In this document: in pieces, positions 29,819 to 38,154 of the stretch
Position numbering within the stretch: position 1 is the stretch's first letter
Layout: each line of letters opens with the position of its first letter
Source of the DNA: Candidatus Micrarchaeota archaeon
GTDB taxonomy: Archaea; Micrarchaeota; Micrarchaeia; Norongarragalinales; Norongarragalinaceae
Reading direction: 5' to 3'
Assembly: GCA_016207165.1 (NCBI GenBank)
Contig: JACQQD010000011.1
Span: 1 to 64,000 of the forward strand
DNA: 64,000 bases
The notes under the pieces: model-generated
What the model was told of the DNA's origin: nothing
What the model saw: the letters and a program-made list of their open reading frames with translations, nothing else
Database searches by the model: none
Translations under genes and position numbers: made by a program

Positions 29819-29942
29819 GGACAAAAAAATAGGGAGGGTGTAATTTATAGCTAAACTGGGTGACCGTGAGAAAGGTAATTTGGGAACACGCTCACGCGTA
29901 CTATCTCCGGGTGCGTTCCAATCCAGTGCCACGAGTCAAGCG

Positions 29943-29977
29943 TTTAAAAACGTGGGGAGGGGTCGTGGCCGGTGAAC
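29943..29977. repeat. intergenic motif: AT box about 20-23 bp before TGGCCGGTGA
   Basis: Identical 10-bp core at 119-128, 29966-29975, 30763-30772, 32087-32096 and 32800-32809. Confidence 0.8.
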
Positions 29978-30002
29978 CGTTGGGGGCGTTTTGTTGAAGG
30001 CA

Positions 30003-30359
30003 TTATTTTTTCTTGTAGCCGAAGCGTTTGTCGTAGGCGGGGTGCGGTTCGATGTTCAAGACGAACGAAATGATTTCGATTTCCGAGTCGCCGGCTTTCA
30101 GCGTGTAAAGCATTCGCCAAAATTGGGGCAATTCCACGCGGAACAAGTTCTTTACGTCATAGCGTTGGACGTATTCCTTCGGGATTTTCTCCTTGGAAAT
30201 CGGGTCGCCGTAATGGATGTTGGCCTTGATCAATTCGACTTTCTTGTTTACGGCGTTCAGGATGCTGCGCTCGAGTTTCGACGAGGGCGCGCGCTCGTTG
30301 AGGTACCGGTAGACGTCCTCGGCTTCCGGCGAAAGGATGACGCGGACGGCCTTGTTCAA
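30003..30359 (-). CDS. RelE-like toxin candidate
   Basis: NLFRVELPQFWRMLYT...H.AYDKRFGY; coupled to the upstream small gene. Confidence 0.7.
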   Translation of the reverse strand: MNKAVRVILSPEAEDVYRYLNERAPSSKLERSILNAVNKKVELIKANIHYGDPISKEKIPKEYVQRYDVKNLFRVELPQFWRMLYTLKAGDSEIEIISFVLNIEPHPAYDKRFGYKKK

Positions 30360-30619
30360 AGTTCAAGACCCCGGGCAATCGCCTTTTTCAATTCCGGGTC
30401 GTCGTTTGCAATCCAGGAAATGCCTTTCAAGGAAACGGCGATCTTGTTGCTGGCCTCCAAGTACTCCAAAATCGCCTTCAGCGTGTAATGGTTGACTTGA
30501 CGCGGCAACAACCGCTTCAACTCCGCCACGGTGACCACGCTTTCTTTCATGTCCGCCAACACGTTCTCGACCATGATGACGGTCTTGAGGTTCGGGGCAC
30601 GCCCCACGTTTTTGTACAT
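30356..30619 (-). CDS. winged-helix antitoxin/regulator candidate
   Basis: PNLKTVIMVE...ELKRLLP...ILEYLE..KI. Confidence 0.7.
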   Translation of the reverse strand: MYKNVGRAPNLKTVIMVENVLADMKESVVTVAELKRLLPRQVNHYTLKAILEYLEASNKIAVSLKGISWIANDDPELKKAIARGLEL

Positions 30620-30631
30620 AAAAATCACCTT

Positions 30632-30659
30632 TAGTTACTAAGTCGTAACTATTAGTTAC
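30632..30659. promoter_or_regulatory. operator-like heptamer array
   Basis: TAGTTAC / GTAACTA / TAGTTAC between the TATA box and the start codon. Confidence 0.6.
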
Positions 30660-30794
30660 AAAATAGTACTTAAAGGCGTGGTTTCCAGAAAAACCAGAGC
30701 GATTCAAGCCGTGCATGCCGATCTCGAGGAAAAACGAGGTTCTTAAGGGCGAGGAAGGGTGCTGGCCGGTGAGCAAATGGGATCGCGAATGGAT

Positions 30795-31262
30795 TTAGGA
30801 AAACTTGTTTTTCAGGAAGCCGATGGCTGCGCGGACTTGGTCTTCGGTGAACTTGGGTTTCTTGAGTTTGAGTATGGACACCAGTTTCTTTGGGTCGAAT
30901 TGGCAGGAAAACTCGTCGTTGACGTAAAGCAGGCTAGCGTAAAGCTCCAAGGCGTCGGGGTCTTCTAGACTGTTGCCGAAAAAGGATTTGAAGGCGTTAA
31001 GTTTGTCGGCGTCCATGGGTTGGGACATTGTTTCGTGTTGGTAATGCGTGTAATAGTCAAAGTGCAAGTCGTAGGAGAAGGGGCCCGCGTAATGCCATAC
31101 GAAAGAATAACCGGTGTCAACGCCCCATTTTTCAAGCAAGTAGGCGATTTTCTGTAAGTGCTTGCGGCTGACGTAGTCCAAAAAGGAAAGACGGCGGCCC
31201 AACAAGGATTGGACGTCGGCGTGCAGCCGGTCCAACCGCTCTGGCACGTTCACGAAAGCCAT
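30795..31262 (-). CDS. YwgA/Panacea (DUF4065)-like protein
   Basis: LQKIAYLL...YSFVWHYAGPFS..L, LELYAS. Confidence 0.65.
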   Translation of the reverse strand: MAFVNVPERLDRLHADVQSLLGRRLSFLDYVSRKHLQKIAYLLEKWGVDTGYSFVWHYAGPFSYDLHFDYYTHYQHETMSQPMDADKLNAFKSFFGNSLEDPDALELYASLLYVNDEFSCQFDPKKLVSILKLKKPKFTEDQVRAAIGFLKNKFS

Positions 31263-32038
31263 TACGAATCCCTCTTTTTTAACCCGTTTGGCGGGCTTAA
31301 TTCGTCCAGCAACGCCTTGATTTTCCCGGGAAGTTCGAAAATGATTTCGGTTTCAACGTCCGCGTAGTTGGGTGTCGAGGAAGTCAGTATCAAGGCGTCG
31401 ACGCACGAGTTGTAGACGGTGACCAAGTGCGCCATTTCGGAAATGGCTTGCACCAGCGGCATGTCTTTTTCCTCGAAGGCTTCCAGATTGTTCAACAGCG
31501 CGTGGCAAGCCACACCCGTTAACCGAATGCGTCCAACGAGTTTCTTGTTCTTGGGGTCGTGCTGGAGGATTTGGAGGTTGTTTGAGAGTTCCGTCTGGAA
31601 AGCACGGATGAGGGCGCGTTTTTTTCGTTGGTCTCTTTCGGCAAATTTCTTGAGGTTCTTTCCAATGCGTGCAAACTGTCTTCCGGCGCCTTTCAGCGCC
31701 CAAACCGTTTCCGTGGCGTCATCTTCCCGAACGACTTCGATGCGACGCTGGGAATTAAAGGACAACTCCCGATCTTCTAGGACCGGTTGCTTGACAACCA
31801 CCGACTTCAAATCGACAAGCTCTGGCAAAAGTTCTCGGATGGCATCCAGAAACGCTTGATTGCGGTCCAAGTCGCCTTCCAAAAGAAGTTCCACGTGGCC
31901 GTCGTGCTTGAGGTTGCGGACCTGGCCCTTGACGGAAAAATCGCCGTTCTCGGCCAGCTCCTGAATAGATTCACGCAAGTTCACGCCCTGGACGTGTTCG
32001 GGCGTGTGCCCTTGGAAAACGATTTTGAGTATCTTCAT
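31262..32038 (-). CDS. acylphosphatase-like domain fused to an unknown helical domain
   Basis: VQGVNLR...KGQVRNLKHDGHVEL; TTTTATA about 26 bp upstream of the ATG. Confidence 0.7.
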   Translation of the reverse strand: MKILKIVFQGHTPEHVQGVNLRESIQELAENGDFSVKGQVRNLKHDGHVELLLEGDLDRNQAFLDAIRELLPELVDLKSVVVKQPVLEDRELSFNSQRRIEVVREDDATETVWALKGAGRQFARIGKNLKKFAERDQRKKRALIRAFQTELSNNLQILQHDPKNKKLVGRIRLTGVACHALLNNLEAFEEKDMPLVQAISEMAHLVTVYNSCVDALILTSSTPNYADVETEIIFELPGKIKALLDELSPPNGLKKRDS

Positions 32039-32127
32039 ATCCAAGAACCCGTCCGTTGATGAGTATAAAAGCATTCAGACACGTCCTGGCCGGTGAAAAC
32101 AAAAAGAAAAGCGCCGGGGGGAGAATG

Positions 32128-32391
32128 CTAAAAGTAACTCGAATACCATTTTTCGTATTGTTTGTGGTCGCCGACGAAGTAAAAGCGGACTTGATTTGAT
32201 TCGTCAAAGACGCGGTACGTGATGCGGTGTTGGCCGGCTTCGTCCACGAAAAACCGAGTGTTCTTTCCCATGTGGCGCTTCTTGGGATACTCCAAGATTT
32301 TCCGGATTTTTTTGACGACGCGTTCCTTGGTGACGGAATCCAAGGCCTCAAAGTATTTCGGCCAATCCTCGTCGAAGCTTTCGACAAACAT
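32128..32391 (-). CDS. RelE/ParE-family toxin
   Basis: KERVVKKIRKILEYP...HRITY...FVGDHKQY. Confidence 0.8.
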   Translation of the reverse strand: MFVESFDEDWPKYFEALDSVTKERVVKKIRKILEYPKKRHMGKNTRFFVDEAGQHRITYRVFDESNQVRFYFVGDHKQYEKWYSSYF

Positions 32392-32407
32392 GGTTTTGGA
32401 CAGGTGA

Positions 32408-32653
32408 TTACTTGAGGTGCGTGGCGTAAGAGCCCAGGGCTTGGTCCGCTGCCAAGAGTTTCCGCTTGCCGGAGGCAATATCACGGTCGATGCGGTCCAG
32501 TTTCGCGTTGACCAACGCCGTTTCGTCCAAAAAGCGCTTTTCGCCAAACGAGATGATGGCAAGTCGAATGGCTTCGGACTGCGAATTGGCAAAGCCTTTG
32601 GCCACCATGTCTTTCACGATGTCCTTGGTTTTGCCACGCAGAATCACGTTCAT
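32408..32653 (-). CDS. CopG/RHH antitoxin
   Basis: MVAKGFANSQSEAIRLAI; GGAGGT SD. Confidence 0.78.
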   Translation of the reverse strand: MNVILRGKTKDIVKDMVAKGFANSQSEAIRLAIISFGEKRFLDETALVNAKLDRIDRDIASGKRKLLAADQALGSYATHLK

Positions 32654-32699
32654 GTCGCTCAATACAATTACCTCCACCATGCATTAAATATGCTTCGTT

Positions 32700-32720
32700 A
32701 ATGATCCAATTTGGATCATT
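32700..32720. promoter_or_regulatory. perfect inverted repeat upstream of the TA pair
   Basis: AATGATCCAA-T-TTGGATCATT. Confidence 0.6.
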
Positions 32721-32872
32721 TACATGTAGGATCTCGGACTTTTGCATTTCAGCTTCATGATAGACACGATTGGTTGTTCTTTAATGTGGAGAGGCGTCCT
32801 GGCCGGTGAAAGGGGGACGCGTTGGGTCTTACCCGTCAATTGCGGCAAAAAAGGATACAAAAAGAGGGGGGG

Positions 32873-34183
32873 TTAGAAGCGGTTTCTGGGCTTGAATCGA
32901 GAGGTTCCGGATGGGCGACGGCTGAAGTGTTGACGTGGACCGTGCCCGCCAAACCCTCCGCGGTGGCCGCCCCGTCCACCAAAGCCTCCCCGTCCACGGC
33001 CCCGTCCTCTTGGAGGCGGTCTTGCCGCGGCTCCGGTCGCGTTTTTCGCGGTTTCAGAATGCAAGGCGTGGTCCATGACTTGGATTTGTTCGCCGATGAG
33101 GCGTTGGATGTCGTTGAGGTAAGAGCGCTCGTCAGCCGCGCAGAAGGAATAAGCGGTGCCGTCGGCTCCGGCTCGTGCCGTTCTTCCGATCCGGTGGACA
33201 TAAATCTCGGGTTCGTTGGGCAAGTCGTAGTTGATGACGTGGGAAATGTCGTCGATGTCGATGCCTCTTGCCGCAATGTCGGTGGCGACGAGGACTTGGA
33301 CGCGGTTTTTCTTGAAGTTGTCCAGCGCCTTGATGCGTTGGTTCTGGCTTTTGTTGCCGTGGATGGCATCCGCCCGAATCCCGTGGTGGGTGAGCATGTA
33401 GGCCACCTTGTTGGCCTTGTGCTTCATCAGCGTGAAGACCAAGACGCGCGTCAAGTGGCTTTGCTTGAGTAGGGAGACCAATAACTCGTCTTTTTTGTCG
33501 GAGTCGACGAAGAAGAGGCGTTGCTCGATTTTTTCCACGGTTTTGCATTCCGGCGTGACTTCCACGCGCACCGGATCCTTCAACAAAGAGTTGGCCAGTT
33601 CCCCGATTTGGGGGGACATGGTGGCGGAAAAGAAAAGCGAATGGCGTTTGGGGGGAAGCAAAGCGATGATTTTTCGGACGTCGCGGTAAAAACCCATGTC
33701 CAGCATCCGGTCGGCCTCATCCAAGACGAAGTATTGCACGCCGTCCAATCGGATGTGGCGTTGTTGGATCAAGTCCAACAACCGGCCCGGAGTCGCGGTG
33801 AGGAAATCGACGCCGTGGTACAAGGCGCGCACTTGCGGGCCTTGGCCCACGCCGCCAAACACGACGGCGCGCCGCACGCGAAGGAATTGGGCGTAGGCGG
33901 CAATGCTTTCGTCGATTTGGAGAGCCAACTCGCGGGTGGGCGTCAAAATCAGGACTTTCGGGGTTTTTGAAACCAGGGACGTGGGGCGATTAGTCAAGTG
34001 CTGGAGGATGGGCAACGTAAAGGCGGCGGTCTTGCCGGTGCCGGTTTGAGCGATGCCCAACAAATCGCGGCCGTCAAGTAAAGGCGGAATGGCTTTGGCT
34101 TGGATGGGAGTGGGTGTGACGTAGCCTTGGTGCTTTAAGGCGCGAAGGATGGGTTCGATGAGGTGGAGTTGGGCAAACGGCAT
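32873..34183 (-). CDS. DEAD-box RNA helicase (RhlE-like)
   Basis: PTPIQ, AQTGTGKT, PTRELA, DEAD, SAT, ARGID, HRIGRTAR; RGG-rich tail. Confidence 0.95.
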   Translation of the reverse strand: MPFAQLHLIEPILRALKHQGYVTPTPIQAKAIPPLLDGRDLLGIAQTGTGKTAAFTLPILQHLTNRPTSLVSKTPKVLILTPTRELALQIDESIAAYAQFLRVRRAVVFGGVGQGPQVRALYHGVDFLTATPGRLLDLIQQRHIRLDGVQYFVLDEADRMLDMGFYRDVRKIIALLPPKRHSLFFSATMSPQIGELANSLLKDPVRVEVTPECKTVEKIEQRLFFVDSDKKDELLVSLLKQSHLTRVLVFTLMKHKANKVAYMLTHHGIRADAIHGNKSQNQRIKALDNFKKNRVQVLVATDIAARGIDIDDISHVINYDLPNEPEIYVHRIGRTARAGADGTAYSFCAADERSYLNDIQRLIGEQIQVMDHALHSETAKNATGAAARPPPRGRGRGRGGFGGRGGHRGGFGGHGPRQHFSRRPSGTSRFKPRNRF

Positions 34184-34264
34184 GGTTTGGTTCCTGGTAA
34201 AGATTAAAGGTAGTTGCAATAAAAGTGGACGGCAGGGTTTATTTAGGTCCCAGGTTGGGCAGGC

Positions 34265-34278
34265 ACCCGTTAACGGGT
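34265..34278. other. 14-bp perfect palindrome downstream of tRNA-Ser
   Basis: ACCCGTTAACGGGT. Confidence 0.5.
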
Positions 34279-34292
34279 CCTCTCAATAAGAA

Positions 34293-34494
34293 CGCCGGGG
34301 CCGAGATTTGAACTCGGAAGGACCGAAGTCCACTAGATGGCTCGGACTAGAACCCTTTTCTCCCTCAAAAATGCGCAAGCATTTTTGGGGCCCCGCAAAC
34401 CCTAAAGGTTTGCGCTGGTTTCATGGAAGTTTTCTTTTCGGGAAAAGAAAAGTTCCCTCGAGTCTAGCGCGTTACCGGATTCCGCCACCCCGGC
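34293..34494 (-). tRNA. tRNA-Ser(CGA) with a 118-nt intron at 37/38 (intron 34339-34456)
   Basis: GCCGGGG/CCCCGGC acceptor stem, CTAGA-CTCGAG|A-TCTAG anticodon arm, long variable arm GGAC-TTCG-GTCC, TTCAAAT T-loop, BHB central helix CTCG/CGAG. Confidence 0.92.
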
Positions 34495-34547
34495 AGGATG
34501 GAGTAATTGGTTGGTTGAAAAGACCTAAAAAGGCTTTCAGAATAGAA

Positions 34548-34628
34548 ATGGACTACGAACTTGAACGCATATTGTCTGAATTTATCGAAAAGCACGAGAA
34601 GGCTTTGAAAGTCTTGGCCAAATACTAG
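34548..34628 (+). CDS. 26-aa micro-ORF resembling an antitoxin C-terminus
   Basis: MDYELERILSEFIEKHEKALKVLAKY, amphipathic helix. Confidence 0.4.
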   Translation: MDYELERILSEFIEKHEKALKVLAKY

Positions 34629-34682
34629 TTTTGACTCGGTTCGGAAATCTATTTCTTTGCATTTGTTTTGAATGCTATATCC

Positions 34683-35666
34683 ATGGGAATCGTCGAAGCG
34701 CGGGTGAACGGGGGAAAGCACCGAATCGTCATTCAGCTGGGGTTGCACCAAGGGGAGTCGCGGCTTGACAGACCCGGTGGATTGGTGACGTTCTCTGATT
34801 TTGAGCCGGAAATCCGGGGCGAGCAAAGGATTTTCGTCGAGGGAGCGACGGTATTTGACGGCGGCGTGTGGAAAAAACCGGAGTCCGAGAAGGTCGAGGC
34901 GTACAAGCGGTTCCGGGACAAGGCGGCATTGAACGTCAATGCGTTGTTTGAACCGGGAGCAAAAGCCGCGCATCGGCCGGTGGACGCGTTCATTGTCGAG
35001 CAAAGACCGGTGCTCTTGTTTCCGGATGTGTACCCCAAGCCAAAGTCAAGGCGCTTGCATGAAGAGCAAGTTGACCGCCACGATTCCTGGGTGAACCGGT
35101 TTAGTTTGGCGCTTAAAGGCGTTGGAGCCGTCGCGCTTGGGGCTACGGGCCTCCATGGATTTTTGGACTTGGCGGTACCCAAGGAAAAGCGCATGACCCG
35201 CCGCACGTTTCTGAAGGGATTGTTTGCCGGCTTGGGCGCGCTGGGACTTGGGTACGTGGCGGCTAAAACATTTACGTGGCATCGGGCGAATTGGGTGGAT
35301 CGGGAACTGGCAAAACCCGGAAGAATCACGGGGGTGCGGGATTGGCTTCGGCGGATTCACGCGAACATGAAAAACCCGTTGACCATCGTGCACCTTCGCA
35401 ACGCGATTCTGGCTGAAAAAATCGAGCGCGCCATGCGACGCGAATTCGGGGAAAAAGAGGGCTCAGCCGGATTGGTCATCGGAGCGGCGCATGCCGGCAT
35501 CGTGGAATACCTGGAGGACCCGGAGTTGCGGCGCCACGTCATCGCGCAATACGAGAATCTCAATGAACTGATGGACGAACAACTCAGCGGATTCGTTCGG
35601 CACGTCCGATACGACGCCAAGAAAAAAATGTACTTGGTTTCAGACATGGACGAAGGGTTTCGCTGA
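34683..35666 (+). CDS. membrane protein with TraB/GumN-like C-terminal motifs
   Basis: RNAILAEKI...LVIGAAH; two internal TM helices flanking TRRTFLK. Confidence 0.6.
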   Translation: MGIVEARVNGGKHRIVIQLGLHQGESRLDRPGGLVTFSDFEPEIRGEQRIFVEGATVFDGGVWKKPESEKVEAYKRFRDKAALNVNALFEPGAKAAHRPVDAFIVEQRPVLLFPDVYPKPKSRRLHEEQVDRHDSWVNRFSLALKGVGAVALGATGLHGFLDLAVPKEKRMTRRTFLKGLFAGLGALGLGYVAAKTFTWHRANWVDRELAKPGRITGVRDWLRRIHANMKNPLTIVHLRNAILAEKIERAMRREFGEKEGSAGLVIGAAHAGIVEYLEDPELRRHVIAQYENLNELMDEQLSGFVRHVRYDAKKKMYLVSDMDEGFR

Positions 35667-36173
35667 CTAGTACACGCTGAGTTTCTTCACGGAGGATAAG
35701 TCCGCCAATTGTTTGAGGACATTCGCCGAAGGCTTTTTGGATAAAAGCAGGAACAACTTGGGGTTCTCAAAGAGTTCGGGGTCCTCCGTCAGAATCTGGC
35801 GGATGGGGACGTGGTGTTCGGCAAGCACGCGCGTGACGTCCGCCACGATTCCGGGCTTGGCGGCGTTGGGCGGCTCGATTTCCAAGACTTGGATCTTGAA
35901 GACCGACGCCGACTTCAAAAAAAGCGGGCCGGCGGGCTGAACGGTTTCAAACACCGGCTTCAAAAAGGCGTCGTCCTGGATTCGGGACACAGTGGCCCGG
36001 ACGACTCTTCGGTCCACGCCGCACGAATCCGCCAAGGACACGTCCTTGACTTGCACGTCGCCGCAATAAACCTTCCCTTGGGAAACGCGAAGACCCAAGC
36101 CCAAGAGTTTCTTGGCCACCCTTTCTTGGGCGGGAAAACCGGCAAAGGAGTCCTTCAAGCGCTGCCAAATCAT
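35667..36173 (-). CDS. trpY: TrpY-like ACT-domain regulator (COG2150)
   Basis: FPAQERVA..LL.LGLRV, VDRRVV..T, PGIVADV...IRQ...DPEL; divergent from trpE. Confidence 0.8.
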   Translation of the reverse strand: MIWQRLKDSFAGFPAQERVAKKLLGLGLRVSQGKVYCGDVQVKDVSLADSCGVDRRVVRATVSRIQDDAFLKPVFETVQPAGPLFLKSASVFKIQVLEIEPPNAAKPGIVADVTRVLAEHHVPIRQILTEDPELFENPKLFLLLSKKPSANVLKQLADLSSVKKLSVY

Positions 36174-36175
36174 GA

Positions 36176-36211
36176 TGTACTTTTTTGTACTACAAAGATA
36201 TAAATAGTGCA
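36176..36211. promoter_or_regulatory. TRP-box-like operator and divergent TATA box
   Basis: TGTACT-N4-TGTACT (36176-36191), TATAAATA (36199-36206), AGTGCA (36206-36211). Confidence 0.7.
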
Positions 36212-36237
36212 CTGGGTAAGGATGGAACCGGTTAGAT

Positions 36238-36318
36238 ATGGGAGTCGGTTTTCTTTGGCCACAGCCAAACCAAGTCGCAGTCGCTGGACACGAAACTGGA
36301 TCCGCTGCAGGCCTTTGA
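36238..36318 (+). other. 26-codon uORF overlapping the trpE 5' end (MGVGFLWPQ...GL*)
   Basis: First ATG at a plausible distance from the TATA box; contains CTT TGG and ends CTT TGA; out of frame with trpE. Confidence 0.55.
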
Positions 36319-37579
36319 GCGCGTCTACGTCAACTCCGAGCATTGCTTCTTATTGGAATCCTTTGAAAAGGACGGAACCCTCGGGAGGTACTCGTTTTTG
36401 GGTTTCAATCCAAAGCACCACATCCGCGTCAAAAACGGCGTCACGCACTTTGACGACGAGGAACGCGACGAAGACCCGTTTTTGTTTTTGAAATCCTTTT
36501 GCATCTCTTCCAAAGCCCAAGGCTTTCGCGGCGGGGCGGTGGGCTACGTGTCGCATGACGCCATCCAGTACATCGAGGACTTCAAGCCAAAAACCGGAAG
36601 CTTTCCAGACTTGGAGTTCGGCGTGTATTTGGACGGCGTGATTTTCGACCACCAAAACCATTCCACCCGCTATGTGTACCACGACGAAAACCGGGTGGAC
36701 GAATTGGAGGCGTTGTTGCGGGAGGAACCCGGCGAACAAAAAACAAGCGTCAAAGTCTCGGAACCGTTTTTCGGAGAGGAAGAGTTCTGCGAGGCCGTGG
36801 GTAAAGCCAAGGAACGCATTGCCGCCGGCGACGCGTTTCAAATCGTTTTATCCAGGAAGTATCCCGTCAAATTCGAGGGCTCGAAAATGCCGTTCTACAA
36901 AGCCCTCCGGAAAACCAACCCGTCGCCGTACCAGTACGTGTTGAAAATGGGGGACCGGGAAATCGTGGGTTCCAGCCCCGAACAGTTGGTCCGCGTGGAG
37001 AACGGCGAGGCGACCACGTTTCCCATCGCCGGCACCCGTCCCAGAGGCAAGACCCCGGAATTGGATGAAGCCCTGGAAAAAGAGTTGGTTTCGGATCCCA
37101 AAGAACAAGCCGAACACGCCATGTTGGTGGATTTGGCGCGCAACGACATCGGCCGGATTTCAAAGGCAGGCACGGTAACCGTCAAGCGATACGCGGAAGT
37201 CAAGAAGTTCAGCCACGTCCAGCACCTCGTCTCGGAAGTCTCTGGAAAACTCAATGGGTCGGCGGTGGACGCGCTTAAATCCGTGTTTCCCGCGGGCACG
37301 CTTTCCGGAGCGCCCAAGCTTTCGGCATTGAAAATCATTGACCAACTGGAGCCCCAGCCGCGGGGGCCCTACGGCGGAGCCGTCGGATTTTTGTCTTTGG
37401 ATGGAGCCTGCGATTTCGCGATTTCCATCCGAACGCTTTTCTGCGACGGCAACCAAGGATTCGTCCAGGCTGGCGCCGGAATCGTCCAGGACTCCGTGGC
37501 CGAAAAAGAATTCTTGGAAACCCAGCACAAGGCGCAAGCGCTCTTGGACTGCTTGAAACAACAAACCGATTTGGCGTGA
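36238..37579 (+). CDS. trpE: anthranilate synthase component I (start requires a +1 shift or an indel)
   Basis: FLLES..GRYSF, FQIVLS, NPSPY, PIAGT, EHAMLVDLARND, PAGTLSGAPK; reading frame open from 36236. Confidence 0.92.
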
Positions 37580-38154
37580 AGAAAAAAATGAAACTATTGG
37601 TTTTGGATAACTTCGACTCGTTCACCTACAACCTCGTCCAACTCTTCCAAGCGCAAGGGGCGGATTGCCTGGTGTTTAGAAACAACGCATCCATGCACCA
37701 AATCGAGAAACTGCGGCCTGACGCCGTCTTGATTTCGCCGGGACCTGGAACCGTGGAGAACCCCAAGGACTTCGGCGTGTGCGCGCACGTTTTGAAGGCG
37801 CTGGACGTGCCGCAGTTGGGCGTGTGCTTGGGGCACCAGGGCTTGGCCTACGTCTTCGGAGGAAAAATCAGGCGGGACACACCGGTACACGGCAAGACGA
37901 GTTTGGTCACGCACAACGGCAAAGACGTTTTCAAGAACGTCAAGAACCCTTTTCGGGCCGCCCGCTACCACTCGCTGGTCGTGGACGCAAAAACCGTGCC
38001 GGATTGTCTGGAAGTCACGGCGCACGGGCCCAATCAGGAAATCATGGGGCTAAAGCATAAAGAAAAGCCGTTGTTTGGCGTGCAATTCCACCCCGAGTCC
38101 TTCATCACCGAAGACGGAGTAAAAATGGCGAGAAACTTTTTGGACTTGATTTGA
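37576..38154 (+). CDS. trpG: anthranilate synthase component II
   Basis: DNFDSFTYNL, ISPGPG, GVCLGHQ, RYHSL, QFHPES. Confidence 0.95.
   Translation: MKKKMKLLVLDNFDSFTYNLVQLFQAQGADCLVFRNNASMHQIEKLRPDAVLISPGPGTVENPKDFGVCAHVLKALDVPQLGVCLGHQGLAYVFGGKIRRDTPVHGKTSLVTHNGKDVFKNVKNPFRAARYHSLVVDAKTVPDCLEVTAHGPNQEIMGLKHKEKPLFGVQFHPESFITEDGVKMARNFLDLI

Noticed and set aside
29943-32811. Classical integron attC sites
   Set aside because: No RYYYAAC/GTTRRRY-bounded palindromes and no integrase seen; the motif is reported separately
34339-34456. C/D-box guide RNA or ORF inside the tRNA intron
   Set aside because: No RTGATGA/CTGA boxes or credible ORF found
36207-36491. 94-aa ORF with Trp codons over the trpE 5' end as a leader
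   Set aside because: Its starts (36207, 36222) lie too close to the TATA box to be likely within the transcript; Trp codons not clustered
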